A stretch of 63,197 nucleotides of DNA, filler included, from Octopus bimaculoides (GCF_001194135.2; 7 parts of 7 records of this genome joined end to end with filler, not necessarily neighbours in it), one strand, 5' to 3'. Shown: positions 24,759 to 38,330, numbered from the whole stretch's first letter. Made by a program: numbers and translations. The notes: generated from the sequence alone by a model not told the origin.

Positions 24759-25559
24759 NNNNNNNNNNNNNNNNNNNNNNNNNNNNNNNNNNNNNNNNNN
24801 NNNNNNNNNNNNNNNNNNNNNNNNNNNNNNNNNNNNNNNNNNNNNNNNNNNNNNNNNNNNNNNNNNNNNNNNNNNNNNNNNNNNNNNNNNNNNNNNNNNN
24901 NNNNNNNNNNNNNNNNNNNNNNNNNNNNNNNNNNNNNNNNNNNNNNNNNNNNNNNNNNNNNNNNNNNNNNNNNNNNNNNNNNNNNNNNNNNNNNNNNNNN
25001 NNNNNNNNNNNNNNNNNNNNNNNNNNNNNNNNNNNNNNNNNNNNNNNNNNNNNNNNNNNNNNNNNNNNNNNNNNNNNNNNNNNNNNNNNNNNNNNNNNNN
25101 NNNNNNNNNNNNNNNNNNNNNNNNNNNNNNNNNNNNNNNNNNNNNTCACGCGCGCGCGCGAGTATATAGTCCTTCAAAGGGTTACTCCAGCATCGCCACA
25201 GTCTGGCAGAATAAAAGGAAAAACGTTGTTTTTAATGATAATATATCTGTCAATATGTCTGTATGTCTGTATGTATGTGTGTATATGTGCGTGTGTGCAT
25301 GTGTGTATGTATGTATGTATGTATGTATGTATGTATGTTTGTGTGTGTGTGTTTATATGTGTGTCTCTTCTATTTTTTAATTATTATAAATCTTCCACTG
25401 AGGAAGGAGCCGGTTTCCTACAAATATACAAGGCTCTATCTTTGGGATTTAGTTTAGATTTAGACAAATTTACACATGTATGTGTGTGTATGCATGTATT
25501 TATGTGTGTATGTATGTATGCATGAATCTGCGTATGTATGTAACCACACGAGTGTATGC

Positions 25560-25717
25560 GCGTTTGGTGGGTCGGGCTAATAATAGCGATAGTCTTCTGT
25601 TGTCGACAGTCAATGACAATAGCAGGACTTCTTTTCTATGAGCGTTTGGTGGGTCGGGCTAATAATAGCGATAGTCTTCTGTTGTCGACAGTCAATGACA
25701 ATAGCAGGACTTCTTTT
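25560..25717. repeat. 82-bp-period perfect tandem duplication next to a spacer gap
   Basis: GCGTTTGGTGGGTCGGGCTAATAATAGCG...GGACTTCTTTT at 25560 and 25642. Confidence 0.9.
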
Positions 25718-25835
25718 TTAAATCTGACGACAATGNNNNNNNNNNNNNNNNNNNNNNNNNNNNNNNNNNNNNNNNNNNNTTAATTAATTAANNNNNNNNN
25801 NNNNNNNNNNNNNNNNNNNNNNNNNNNNNNNNNNN

Positions 25836-26150
25836 CTGATCTAACAGCTTGATGCCTCTGTAATTATTTGTATTTAAAGCGTCACCTTTACCTTTGTAGC
25901 AGTTGACTATGATGCTGCTACACCAGTCATTGGGTATGACTCCTTCGTGTATCACCTGGTTCGTAATACGGGTAACTAGGCTATAGCCAACACTGCCAGA
26001 TATTTTGAGCATCTCTGCAGTGATTCCTGATGGGCCGGGGGCTTTCCCGGTCTTCATACTCTTAATTGCTTTATCTACCCTGGTACTATCAACTCGGATA
26101 GCTGGTCCCTCTATTGGGTCGACATACGGCAGGCTCTCTTTCTCCCTATT
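25836..26150 (-). mobile_element. RTE-clade LINE reverse transcriptase N-terminal fragment
   Basis: ..RVDKAIKSMKTGKAPGPSGITAEMLK..IPNDWCSSIIVNCYKGKGDALNTNNYRGIKLLDQ is the typical non-LTR RT start (KAPGPDGI..E..K; NYRGI.LL); open frame runs into the gap. Confidence 0.88.
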
Positions 26151-26169
26151 GACATTAATTGATTATGAT

Positions 26170-26484
26170 CATTGGTTCTCAACCAGGGTCCATATAAGAT
26201 TTTTAGGGGGTCCAACACATCAAAATAGTAAATTAGGGATCCACAACAGTATTTTAAGGGCCCCTGAAAAAATTTTGCTTCAGATGTATGTATTGGTATG
26301 TATTGCTGCAAAAAACAGCTGAGTTTCTTTGTTTACTTAGTTCAACCTACACAATGTAAAAAACAAAAAAACAAAATAGGAGTTTTAAAAGAGGTATCTA
26401 TAAAACTAGTTTTTAAACACTAAATGACCAGAATAAAATAGTATTCAAAGAGGTCCATAGATAAAAGATGGTTGAGAACCCCTG
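26170..26484. mobile_element. hAT (Charlie-like) MITE
   Basis: TIRs CATTGGTTCTCAACC / GGTTGAGAACCCCTG; imperfect flanking repeat GATTATGAT / GATTGTGAT. Confidence 0.8.
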
Positions 26485-26497
26485 GATTGTGATGATA

Positions 26498-26530
<33 letters not shown>

Positions 26531-26696
26531 CTTTATAAGAAGCTGATGATTCACTTTGCTTCCCAACTATGTGGTTTCAAGTTTAGTCCCACTATGTAGC
26601 ACCTTGGGCAGATGATGTCTTCTGTTGCTCCAAGGTGACCAGACTTGTGTGTGGATTTAGTATACAGAAACCAAAAGGCCCGTCATATATATAAGT

Positions 26697-26902
26697 ATTG
26701 ATTTCAAATTTTGGCACAAGGGTAGCAATTTTGGGGGAGTGGGTAAGCCAATAACATTGACCCCCATTGCTCAGTTGATACTTATTTTATTGACCCCAAA
26801 AGATAAAAGTCAAAGTCAAATTTGAACTCAGAACGTAGAGTTGGACAAAATACTGCTAAGTATTTTGTCTGGTGCAGTAACAGTTCTGCCAGCTCACCAC
26901 CC
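26697..26902 (-). mobile_element. Family A SINE (CpG-decayed)
   Basis: TTTCAAATTTTGGCACAAGG..TACTTATTTTATTGACCCC..TTTGAACTCAGAACGTAG..TTCTGCCAGCTCACC. Confidence 0.8.
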
Positions 26903-27455
26903 TATATATATAAAAGTATTAAGTAATAGAATGGATTAACATATTTTGTTGCATAATATTACAATTGTTTCATCGCCATTTTAATAGAAGATCATTGCAG
27001 AAATGTTATTACATAGTACATGAAACTACATCATATTGATATTATTCCAGCAATACTGGCAAGTGGCAATTTTTCAGGTATATCAATCAAACTGGTTTGC
27101 TAAACTGAACTTTATCCTACTTAATATATACCTCACATTGATACTGTTATAATCACAGTTTAAACAAAAAAAAAAAAAACTTGAGTACAAGCCACAACAT
27201 AAATTGACCTGTCAAGAAATGGGGTGAACGAAGTAAGCAAAAGAATATAAAAAGAATAAGAAATAGCTTATAAATAAATGAGTAAATAAATAGACAAAAT
27301 GCATATAATAAAACTTATCTTAGTGTCTGGAGAGTTTCATATCTCTTAATTGTTACTGTCTCCCCTAATGTCATTAGGTCGTCTGACCACACTAGTCAAC
27401 TTGAATTGAAATAATGTGTGTGTATATATGTATGTATACATATATATATATATAT

Positions 27456-27539
<84 letters not shown>

Positions 27540-28767
27540 CTCCCAGTACACTCTAGACAGTGGTTAGTGTTAAAAACATTATATTTGGCCATAGTAACAA
27601 AAGCAGAGACATTGGAACAAGACATGGTTTGCCGACTTGTTAGATCCTGTTGATTTGTCCAATCTATGCCAGCATGATTATGATAATTATATAGATAAAT
27701 AAGTAGACAGACTGAGAGATTGATAGACATATTACCTATGTACCAATCTACATGAATGTATGTATATTACTTCACTGCCTGCAGAAGTATAAGTACAGCT
27801 GCATATGAATCTCACAACAACTAATTACAGCTATTCCAACCCCCTTTCATGCACATGCATGGACACATATACACAGATATATCTTCTGTGTGCAGGTATC
27901 ATTGTGTTGTAAAGAAGTTTGGAACAACATGGCCCTTAGTTTGATCTCCCTCCACAGCATCTTGAAAAGGTGTTTTACCTTAGTTTCAGGTACACTATCT
28001 TGCGAGTGAAGTGTAGGAGATGAAAACCATGAAAGTTTTGTGTGTTTATCTGTATAAAATACTTTGTGATGTTTATATCTGTAAATGATAGGTGGGCTTT
28101 GGGTTTGATATAATTGGTTAAAACTCTATAAGGTCATGTGTCTGTGTGGCTGAAGTTTAATGACTGGAACCACTAAAAAACTGAAGGATATTAAAAGTCT
28201 TGCAAAATATGTTTGCACAGGCATGTGTGTGTGTGTGTGTGTGTGTGTCCATAATATAAACATTGATGTATTTATTAGAATTTAAATAATACTTGGTTAA
28301 GATGGATGGCAGGATGATGAATAATTTTCTAGTCATTCAACACACAGAAGCTAGACTGTTCTCTAACATAGTCCAGTATTACATTGATATTTGATGTTTA
28401 AGATTTACAACAACCCTAGAAATTAGCTATATTATGTAAGTGGTTAAGATTTTATCTATAAGATAGGTAAAACACTTGGAAGTACAAGTAAGATAGTAGA
28501 AGTGAACAAATATATCTCCATGAAAGAAATGTTTCACCTTACAACAAATATATTCCTATGAGAGAAATTATTACAAGTAAGCCCTACAAGTAGGCCATAT
28601 TTGTAAATGTCTTCTGTGTATAATTTATCTAAAATCTTAACCATCTATTTTATAGCTAATTACTGTATACACACATATTTATAGGCAGCTAAAATTTTTA
28701 TCTACAACATATCTTCAGTTATATCTGGAAGTGGAATATCATCATCACCATCATGATCATCATCATT

Positions 28768-29392
28768 TGGTTTGGTAGAGTGGAAGAATTGGTAAATTAG
28801 AGGGCAAGATACCCTGCAATATTTACGTATGTCCCTTTGGATTCTATGTTCAAATTTTATTGATGTCAGCTTTGCTTTCATCCTTCTTAAAATAAAAACA
28901 AGTCAAGTATAAAGTTGATTTCATTGACCATACCCATCTCCATAAATTTGAGACCTTGTGTTGGAAATTACCATTATTATTATTATTATTATTATGAAGG
29001 TGGAGAGCTAACAGAATCATTACCATGCTAGAAAATATGTTTAGTGGTATTTCTTCCGTCCTTATGTTCTGAGTTGAAATTCTGCCAGGATTGGGTTTGC
29101 TTTTCATCCTTTCGGGGTCAATGGAATAAGTACCAGTTGTACACTGGAGTTGATGTAATCTACTGACCCCCACCACCCAATATTTCAGGCCTTGTGCCTG
29201 TAGTAGAAAGTATTTCGTCTGTCTTCATGTTCTGGTTTCGAATTCCACCGATGTCGACTGTGTGTTTCATCCTTTCAGAGTCAATAAATTAAGTACCAGT
29301 TAAGTACTGGAGTTGATATAGTCAAATATTCCCTCCCCACCAAAAAATTTCAGGCCTTGTGCTTAAAATAGAAAGAACTATTATTATCATTA

Positions 29393-29426
<34 letters not shown>

Positions 29427-29654
29427 TACCATTATTATGAAGGTGGCAAGCTAGCAGAATCATTAGCACACCAGACAAAATGCTTAGTGGCCGTTCTTTT
29501 TGTTTTATGTTCTGAGTTCAAATTCAAATGCTGTCAAGGTCAACTTTGCCTTTCATATTTTCGGAGTCAATATAATCAACTTAATTCCTCCCCCGAAATT
29601 GATGGCCTGATGTCAAAATTTAAAACCATTATAATTGTTGTTGTTGTTGCTGTC

Positions 29655-29686
<32 letters not shown>

Positions 29687-29898
29687 GGTAGCGAGCTGGC
29701 AGAATCATTAGCATGTCAGGCGAAATGCTTAATGGTATTTTGTCTATTGCTACGTTCCAAGTTCAAATTCTGCCAAAGTCGACTTTGCCTTTCATCCTTT
29801 TGTGGTTGATAAATTTAGTACCAGTCGAGTACTGGGGTCGATGTGATTGATTCCCCCCTCCCCACAAAAATCCAGGCCTTGTCCCTACAATAGAAGTG

Positions 29899-29937
<39 letters not shown>

Positions 29938-30740
29938 AACATGCCAAGCTGGCAGGAGCATTAGTAAACTGGACACAATGCTTAGTGGCATTTCTATTTT
30001 ATATTCTGAGTTCAAATACTGCTGAGGTTGACTTTGTCTTTAATCCTCTCAGGGTTGATAAAATAAATACTAGCCAAGCAATGGGGTTTGTGCAATCACC
30101 TTACCTAACCCACTTAAAATTGCTGCTCTTGTGCCAGGATTTGAAACCGTTATGATAGTGAGCTGTTGAGATCATTACCACACCAGGAAAAAAAAGCTTA
30201 ACATCGTTTCTTTTGGCTCTTTATTGTTCTGAGTTCAAATGCTACTGAGGTCAACTTTACGTTTCATCTTTTGGAGTTGATAAAATAAGTACCAGTTGAG
30301 CACTAGGGTTGATGTCATCAACTTTCCTTCCCCTCAAAATTGCTGGCCTTGTGCCAGAATTAGAAAGGATTATTATTAATACTAAAGGCATGAGCTGACA
30401 GAATTGTTAGAGTACTGAAAAAAACTGCTTTGCTACATTTGTTCCAGCTCTTTACATGTTGAGTTCAGATCCCTCCAAGGTCAATTTTGCCCTTCATCTT
30501 TCAAGGGTTGATTAACCCCATCTCCTTAAAATTGTTGGTAGACTCAGTAAAGCACTTAACAAAGTATGATACAGTATTTAGTCATGTCCTCCTTCTAAAT
30601 TTTGGGTTTAAATTCCAGCAGAGTCTTCTTTGCTTTTTATTCTTCTGGGGTCAATAAAGTAAACAGTAGTGATGTATTGGGTTTGATGAGATTGATCACT
30701 CCCCACCCCAAAATGTATGGGCTTGTGCCAATGAAAAAAG
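28768..30740 (+). mobile_element. Tandem cluster of at least 8 head-to-tail family A SINEs plus one terminal inverted copy (30597-30740)
   Basis: Copies start near 28768, 28996, 29211, 29439, 29684, 29941, 30157 and 30383, most separated by (ATT)n tails. Confidence 0.85.
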
Positions 30741-30982
30741 TATATTATTAGCTGCCTCTCATATCGTACCAAATCCTCAGTGTTAAAATCTCTTCCCACA
30801 GCTTTTAGTATCTCCTCTCCTGCCATCCACCACTCACTCTTTTCCATGTTTTACTTCTGCTTCTCTTTTTCTCTCTCTCCCCTTCTTCCCCCATTCTCTC
30901 TTTCTCCCTCTCTTTCTGTGTATCGCTTCCTTATTAGCTTTACCAGTTATTTTTACTGTGATTTTTCCCTGTCCTTGTCCAG

Positions 30983-31015
30983 ATATGCTGTTGTACCTGC
31001 TGGCTATATGAAATG
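30983..31015 (+). other. Candidate 33-nt microexon
   Basis: Long pyrimidine tract ending TTTTTCCCTGTCCTTGTCCAG; donor ATG|GTGAGC; open as ICCCTCWLYEM or xYAVVPAGYMKx. Confidence 0.55.
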
Positions 31016-31346
31016 GTGAGCTAAACCGGTGATCAATTGCTTTCCTTTTTTTCTATTTCAAATCACACTCCTCTGCCAACACCTTCTCTACACTGACACC
31101 ATCACTGCCACCACACCTCTCTTCCTACTTAGTTTATTTCTTTATTTTTGTTGTTTTTTTTTCTTTCTGCATTCTTCCTTTTATATCTGTTTACTTTCTT
31201 TTAATTCTTTATTGTTGTATTCCTACCCATCTCAGCATCTTCTATTTCCAGGCAAATTTCAAAATTTATTTTTGATTGTTTTTTTTTTTTCGGTTCTGTA
31301 TTTTCTTAAAGTTTTTTTTTTAAACTATTTTATTATTTCTTATCAG

Positions 31347-31373
31347 TCAAGTGTTAGATGGTGTCATGTGTCT
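31347..31373 (+). other. Candidate 27-nt microexon
   Basis: TTTATTATTTCTTATCAG acceptor; donor TCT|GTAAGC; open as SSVRWCHVS or xQVLDGVMCx. Confidence 0.45.
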
Positions 31374-31580
31374 GTAAGCTGTACTCTAGAAACCAAACCT
31401 GTGGGCTAGGTTTCAAATCCTCACAATTCTCTTTCACTTAAACCTCCAATACAACAACCATTTTTCCCTCTTCTTCTCCTTCTTCCTCCTTCCTCTTCAG
31501 AAAAAGCATGAAAAACGCAACCTCTTATCTTTCATTTTCCTCTTTTTAAATAAACCTTTAGTCTTGTTGCTTACATAGCA

Positions 31581-31634
<54 letters not shown>

Positions 31635-32090
31635 TATTATTGTTGTTGTTGTTATTGATTGTTCTGTACTTCCTTATCTATACTTCTTAGTTTTTTTTTT
31701 ATCTTGGAAAGTTTGCAACATATTGTTTATTTGAGTTATGTAGTAGTAGTAGTTGTAGTAGTAGTTGTAGTAGTAGTAGTCGTAGTTTTTGTCATTGCAG
31801 AGTAATTTCTCTTTCTTTCCTTTTTATTTTTGTTGCATTTTCTTCATGTTTCTCTTCCAAACCACCATGACCACCACTAGTGGAATGTTTTTATTTATAT
31901 ATTTATTTTGCATTCTTTTGAAATTATCATTCACATGTTGATTATATATTCGTTTTGCATGGAAAGGTAAAATATCGCAATGATTATTGTGAACCAGTTT
32001 TCTCTACTAGAGTTATTTATTCATTTATTCAATGAATTAATTTCTGTAGGCTGGAAAACAGTATTTTTCTTTCTCTCTCTTTTATTTCCT

Positions 32091-32253
32091 TTAACCCTTT
32101 CAATGCCAATCATCTTGATAGCATAACTGATTCCATTATACAAAACCTCTCGTTTCAAAGTGTTCATATTTAAATTAACATTTCATCATAATTTTATGTA
32201 AGAACTTTTTTGCATTATGTTTCAAGCACCAGTTTGATAATGATAAAAGTTAG
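32091..32253. mobile_element. Short TTAA-type (piggyBac-like end) MITE
   Basis: Starts TTAACCCTTT and ends ..ATAAAAGTTAG; similar ends at ~14610 and ~24280. Confidence 0.45.
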
Positions 32254-34135
32254 TTAATTTGATTAAATTCCTCCCATTTCTTAATTATTTTCAAAATTAA
32301 TTGAAATATATAGAAAGTGATTTTCATAAGAAATATATAATCACACGAGGGTGAAACAATATTATTAATTCACTTTTGTGTTTCATTTCATGATTTTTTT
32401 TTTTTTAAGTATGATCCAATTCTGCAATGCCATAAGCTCTCATACAATAATTATGAATAAACAAGTAGTATAAAATTAGAAATCAAGGAAGATTCAAAAT
32501 ACCATTGTTGATAAAAAGAAGTGGTGTACTGGGTTATTGACAACATTATCATTGGCTCAAACACTGCTCAAACATAGACATTGTGTTATTCTCATAAGCA
32601 AAACACATTATTCTGCTTTTCTCACTTTTTCAATACAACAATAAATTTCATTCCTACTTCTGGGTTAGTTGCTTAATCCAGATCAGTTCTAATCAAGCCA
32701 TCACGTGACCATATTCATAAGTTTTGATTACACTGTGTAACATGATTTTTGTCCTTGGGTAGCAACTGTTATTTCTGATTTGCTTAGCCCTTTCAGACTT
32801 TGCTTTTATTACATTTATTCAAACCTATAAGAATCTCTCTCGATAGATGGCTATGATGTTCCCCCACTGATCCTGCTCATGATTAGAGGTGCACATATTG
32901 TCAGCCACTCAGGGACATGCTCAAGTGGTTAAGGTCAAGCAACTGACAAGCAAATCTGTGGTATTGAGCAGAATATTTGCTATAATGATATTTCTGCTTC
33001 AGTAACTCAGTGCTGAATCTGTTTGCAATGTAATGCAAAATAGGTCAGTTTGAAAACATTGATGTCCAGATCACAAAATCAAAGTTTGAAGAGAATAGTA
33101 GTCATTTGATTTCTAGGTAGAAGCAAATAGAAAATAAGACTTACTGGCCAAAGACAAAAAAAAATACAGTGTTACAGTGTTATTTAATCTTAGAGTATCT
33201 AAGACCACATTTTCTATTGTTTACTTTTCCTTTTTTTTTTTTAAATATGATGGGCTGAGATTTGCAGGAGATTTTACTGCTGTTTGTAGCAAGTCTAATA
33301 ATCATATAAATGTTCTTTCAAGACTGAAAAGATAACTGTGGGAAAAACATTAAACTCTGATCTTGTGTTTAAAAAATACTTATTTTGGTAATATGAAAAT
33401 ATGCAAATTTACCAAAAACTTCACCACCCATGGCTTAATAGTCATGGGGAAATAGATGTGAAATAGAGAAATGAATAGAAAATGATACTGTTGATAATAA
33501 AAGTAATAAAATTATTGAAAATATGAAAAAATAGTGTACTTTTATGTGTCATCAAATGAAATAGGGACAACTTTGGAGGCAGGGCTTATAATTATAGACA
33601 ATATACTACCCAGAACTTCACTCTCTATTTCATTTTACAGTATACCAAGTTATACTTGTTTTCTGTTTATTTGCAACCCAATTCCAGTCAATGTTGATAA
33701 CTCTTAGCCTACTAATTTTAGTGACTAACCTTGTGAACCAATGAGGGACTTTCTATACTGTTGGTCAACTTGTTTGCATTACCAGCAAGATTTCCCTCAA
33801 ATTACTCCCCCATATCTAGAATAAAGAAGGATATATTGGACAATGTAATCCCTAGTATATGACCATTGATCACAGGTCTCTTTGATCTATACTGAGCTTG
33901 GGCTAAACTACAAAACCTGTCAGATGGGTAAAATTATCCAATCTTCTTCTGCCCCTTATACAGTTTCTGCTATTTGAAATGAGTTTTTATTTGGGCTTTC
34001 TTGTTGAATTAGAAATTGCTGGTTTCTAATGATACTTCAAATAAGTTTAATTCCTGAAACTTCTGTGTTTATCTTCCATCTCTATCTGATATTCTACCCA
34101 GAAATATATTTACCTGACAATAGTTAAACTTGCAC

Positions 34136-34172
<37 letters not shown>

Positions 34173-34496
34173 ACTATTTCCCCTCTTCCTTTCCCCCTCT
34201 CTTATCTATTCCTCCATCTCTGCTTNNNNNNNNNNCTTAATCTCTTCTCTATCAATCTGCTTTGCTCTCCCCCCCCCCCACACTCCTAATATTTGATATT
34301 TCTACCATATCTTTTTATCTTCTTTCTACATATCCATGAAACATAGAAATGAGAAAATCAGAGTATTGATGGCTGGAAGCTTCAATTTTAATAAGTTAAC
34401 AAACTAATGCATAGTACTTTCTTTCTCCTGTTGTAAATTTGTTCAAACATGCACACACACACACACACACTTTCTCTCTTTCTCTCTCTCTATCTT

Positions 34497-34534
<38 letters not shown>

Positions 34535-34854
34535 TCGCTCACACACACACACATACACACACTTTCACACACACACACACACATTCACTCTCAAGCATAG
34601 TTGTAATTTTGTTTTATTTAGGTATATAAATGCTAAAGTAATCAATGCACAGCTTTGGTAAAAGAGAGTGTAGAAAATGTCACATGTGTTAATAGCTAAC
34701 TATGTAGCTACACAGTTATTCTATTCTCTTTCCTATCGCTGTTTCACATCCATTCAGGATAACTAGTGGCCCCATTTGGATACCTTTGCAAAACTATAGT
34801 GTGTTCAACCTGTCTATCTATCTGTTTCTACGTGCGCGTGTGTGTGTTGGTATA

Positions 34855-35040
34855 TTGTTGGCTATTTAGCACCAAATCAACCCTGATCAAGCAGACCTAC
34901 ATTCAAAGCCATTTCCACCCTGACTAGCCATCCTTTTCATTGGCACAATATACCTAGGTCCACATTAACTAGTACATCTGTCTTTTCTAAGATGGTTGGG
35001 TATGATTTGAAGGAAATTTCACTGCTAGTTTTAAGAGATC
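34855..35040 (+). mobile_element. Family E interspersed repeat (further copies at about 4690-4822, 14515-14620, 33750-33910, 41400-41510, 43560-43830, 48820-49060)
   Basis: Shared motifs CCCTGATCAAGCAGACCTA and AAGATGGT.GGG..TGATTTGA.GGA.ATTT..CTGCTATTTCTAG. Confidence 0.65.
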
Positions 35041-36687
35041 AAAATCTTTTTTTTTGTGTTACATCATCATCGTTTAACGTTTGTCTTCCATGCTGGCATG
35101 GGTGGGACAGTTTGACAGGAGCTAGCCAGGCAGAAGCCTGCACCCATTACCTATGTGGATGTTAACAATTCCTCAGTTAACATATATACATGTGTGTGTG
35201 TGTGTGTGTGTGTGTTTAGTTGGAGGAATAACTTGACCCATACCATGGCTTCATGTGGCTATCTGAGTAAATACGAGTAACCTTCAGTTGGAGATGCATA
35301 CTTGCTGGCTCTAATTGCTAGTGTCAATTATGAGAAGAGTTCTTATTGTTCAGTCAAAAGAACTATGTATTTACTGGATTATAGTATAAGTGGTTGAGTA
35401 TTCCAAAGACACGAGGAAGAGACAAAACTGCCCCCTCTAAATCACCAGCTTTTGTTCATCTGATAGTTTCCCACATATTTGTTTACCTAGTTCCTCTTAC
35501 AAGGTTCAGGTTGACCTCAACCTGTCATAAAAGACACTTGCTGAAAGAATGTTTTTTAACTGATTAGCAATGGCTGTGCTTACACACAAACATACGTATG
35601 CATGTCTGTGTGGCGCCAATTGCAATAGAGGAGAAATGAATCTCTTATAATAACAAGTCTTAAATAATTAATAATCCATGTTAAAACATTGACAAATTAA
35701 TCCTCAACAGACAAGGTGAAGATTCCTATGCATCTTACTTAAAACTCTTAAGTAATGTTTGAAACTACAGATATTACAATTTCTAAAATTAAACCCCAAC
35801 CAGTCTGTTTATGCAGTCAGGCTTTGCCAAATTGATTTCAATGGGATTTACTTGTAATAAACTTGTGCTTTGACAATAATGACAATGATAAACAATGCTA
35901 TTTATTTTGATTACATATATGGTCAATATTTTTGAGAAGTTATGGATGTAACTGATAGAGAAAGGGAATGATAAGTTTTGTGAGGAATGAGGTATTAATG
36001 ATTGAGTTAAGAGAAGCATCAGTATCTGTGACTGTCAATCAGCACTACAGTAAATATAGATACATACATATATATCTCCCTCAAATCTGTTATTTCTAGC
36101 ATTCTGATCATCTTAAAAAAGGAAAAGCAAATTATATATTGCACTTTGTCTGAATGAAAGATGTGTGGAATGTTTGGGTCAGAAGTCTATTTGATGAGAG
36201 AAACCTATGGATAAACACAACTGACATTTATTTTATGCACTTCTGTATGAATCTGTATGGCATTTCAAATAATTTTATCTTGTTTAACTTTGTCAGCCCT
36301 GCGCTTGTATTAGTATAAATACAGGCTGTTTATTTGTTATTGGCTGCAAGCTAACTTCACTATGTCATATGATAGGCTGGCTCTTCAGTATTGATAGAGA
36401 AAATCAGTATGTCACTCAAATCAGTGATGTTACCAAATATATTTGTCATTACAAATCCAATATTATATTTTAGTAATACTTAATATCTTTCAAGCATATT
36501 TATATCTTATAGAGTTAAAGCAGTAGATTGGCAGATCATTTGGGTTAACCAGAATGTCTCATTGGATTTGTTGTGGCCAAATCATTAGTGTTAAACAGAA
36601 TGCCTCACTGTATTTGTTGTGGCTCTTTACATTTGAAATAAATTCTACTGTGATCAAACTTGCCTTCCATTATTTCAAAGTTGTCAA

Positions 36688-36867
36688 CGTCATTGTTTAG
36701 CATGCTTTTTCTATGCTGGCATGGGTTGGGTGATTTGTTAAGAGCTAACCAGCCTGAGAGCTGTCCAGACTCCAATTGTCTGTTTTGGCATGGTCTCTAC
36801 AGTTATATGCCCTTTTTAATATCAACCACTTTACAGAGTGTGCTGGGTGCTTTTTACATGCCACCGT
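36688..36867 (-). mobile_element. Family G (RTE-like tail) fragment; another at about 35062-35145
   Basis: CTATGCTGGCATGGGTTGG..TTTTGGCATGGTCTCTACAG..GGGTGCTTTTTACATGCCACCG. Confidence 0.7.
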
Positions 36868-37024
36868 AAAAAGGGATAAAATAAATTAACTGTTGAAAAT
36901 AGAATTGGCGGAATTCTTAGAATATAAAACAAATTACTATGCAGTATTTGTTGTGGTCCTATATCTTCTGAATTTACCTGCAGTAGTATGGTACCAAGGA
37001 CATGTCAGTCCTATCTCTTTCTCT

Positions 37025-37113
37025 TGGACAACATTGGCAGCATGGAGAAGAGAGATTTGCTGCATGGACAATATTGGCAGCATGGAGAAGAGAGATTTGC
37101 TGCATGGACAACC
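37025..37113. repeat. 40-bp tandem duplication (about 2.2 units)
   Basis: TGGACAA(C/T)ATTGGCAGCATGGAGAAGAGAGATTTGCTGCA twice, then TGGACAACC. Confidence 0.95.
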
Positions 37114-37584
37114 ATAGGTTTTCTATATAAAGAATTTTCTTAGGCTAACATTCTGGAGAGGAATTTTCCTACTTTAGATACAAGTTCAGATCTGTAAAGT
37201 TCATTTATCTCTATAATGTTGCATTATATTGTTCAAAATTGCATTGTAATGTTTGTTTCTATTTTACCCTTCTGTGTTAAAGTACTAGTTAAGTAGAGAA
37301 ACTGATTTAGTCAATTAACTTCTCTTAAATTTATGTCCTTATGCCTCTTTTAGAAGCAATTATTATGATCCAATGTAATCTTGATTCTGTGACATTCTTT
37401 AATTGACTCTAAATAGCAGTTCTTCTCTTTGAGTACTATATATACTGTGTAAATATACATTTTATCTCTTTTTTTTTTTTCAATTTCTATGTAAACGCCT
37501 ACACTTTTTTAACCAGTCTCTTCAATGTTCCCCCTTTATCTGATGCTTGTAAAGCAAATAACTGAAATCATTATTATTATGTTA

Positions 37585-38120
37585 AGTAAGGTGGTGAGCT
37601 GATGGAGTCGTTAACACAATGGATGAAATGCTTAGCAGTATTTTGCCCATTGCTACATTCTGAGCTCAAATTCCACCAGGGTCAACTTTGCTTTTCATCC
37701 TTTTGGGGTCAATAGATTAAGTGCCAATGAAACACTGGGGTCAGTGTTATCAACTAATCCCCCCTCCTCAAATTTCAGGCCTTGTGCCTTTAGTAGAAAG
37801 GATTATTATTATGTTAAGCACCAGACAAAATACCTAATACTACTTGTTCTGGCATTTTATGCTCTGAATTCAAATCCTACTATGATCAATTTTGCACACT
37901 TGTATTCCTCCAGGGTTGATAAAATAACATACCATTCAAATTCTGGGTTGATGGTCTCAACTCTCTGCTCCCCAAAATTGCTGGCCTTGTGTCTGTGAAA
38001 GACATCATTAAGATGTTGGGGTTTGACAGAATCATTAGAGCATCAGACAAAATGTTTTATGGTCTGAGTTCTAATCCAATCAAAGTCAACTTTAACTTTC
38101 TGCAATAGGGGTTGATAAAT
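37585..38120 (+). mobile_element. Three head-to-tail family A SINEs
   Basis: Heads near 37585, 37810 and 38010 with the family body; CpGs largely converted to TG/CA. Confidence 0.75.
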
Positions 38121-38287
38121 TAAAATGCTACTCAAGTATGGGGGTTGTAGGGTTGGGGAGGAATGTAAACAAAAAAAACAAAACTCCTTGTATCTAAGTC
38201 AAAAACAATTATTATTATTGTTTGTGCATGTGTTCTTAGTTTTTCAAGTTGTTTTAACCATGCTAAGGCCAAACTGGAGTACCATTG

Positions 38288-38330
<43 letters not shown>

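Noticed and set aside
3026-25380. Long ORFs in the track containing runs of X
   Set aside because: They are open only because they cross N gaps; the flanks are SINE or microsatellite sequence.
34347-34394. 48-nt in-frame exon candidate (xNEKIRVLMAGSFNFNx)
   Set aside because: Purine-interrupted acceptor and a poor donor (GTTAAC); not distinguishable from chance.
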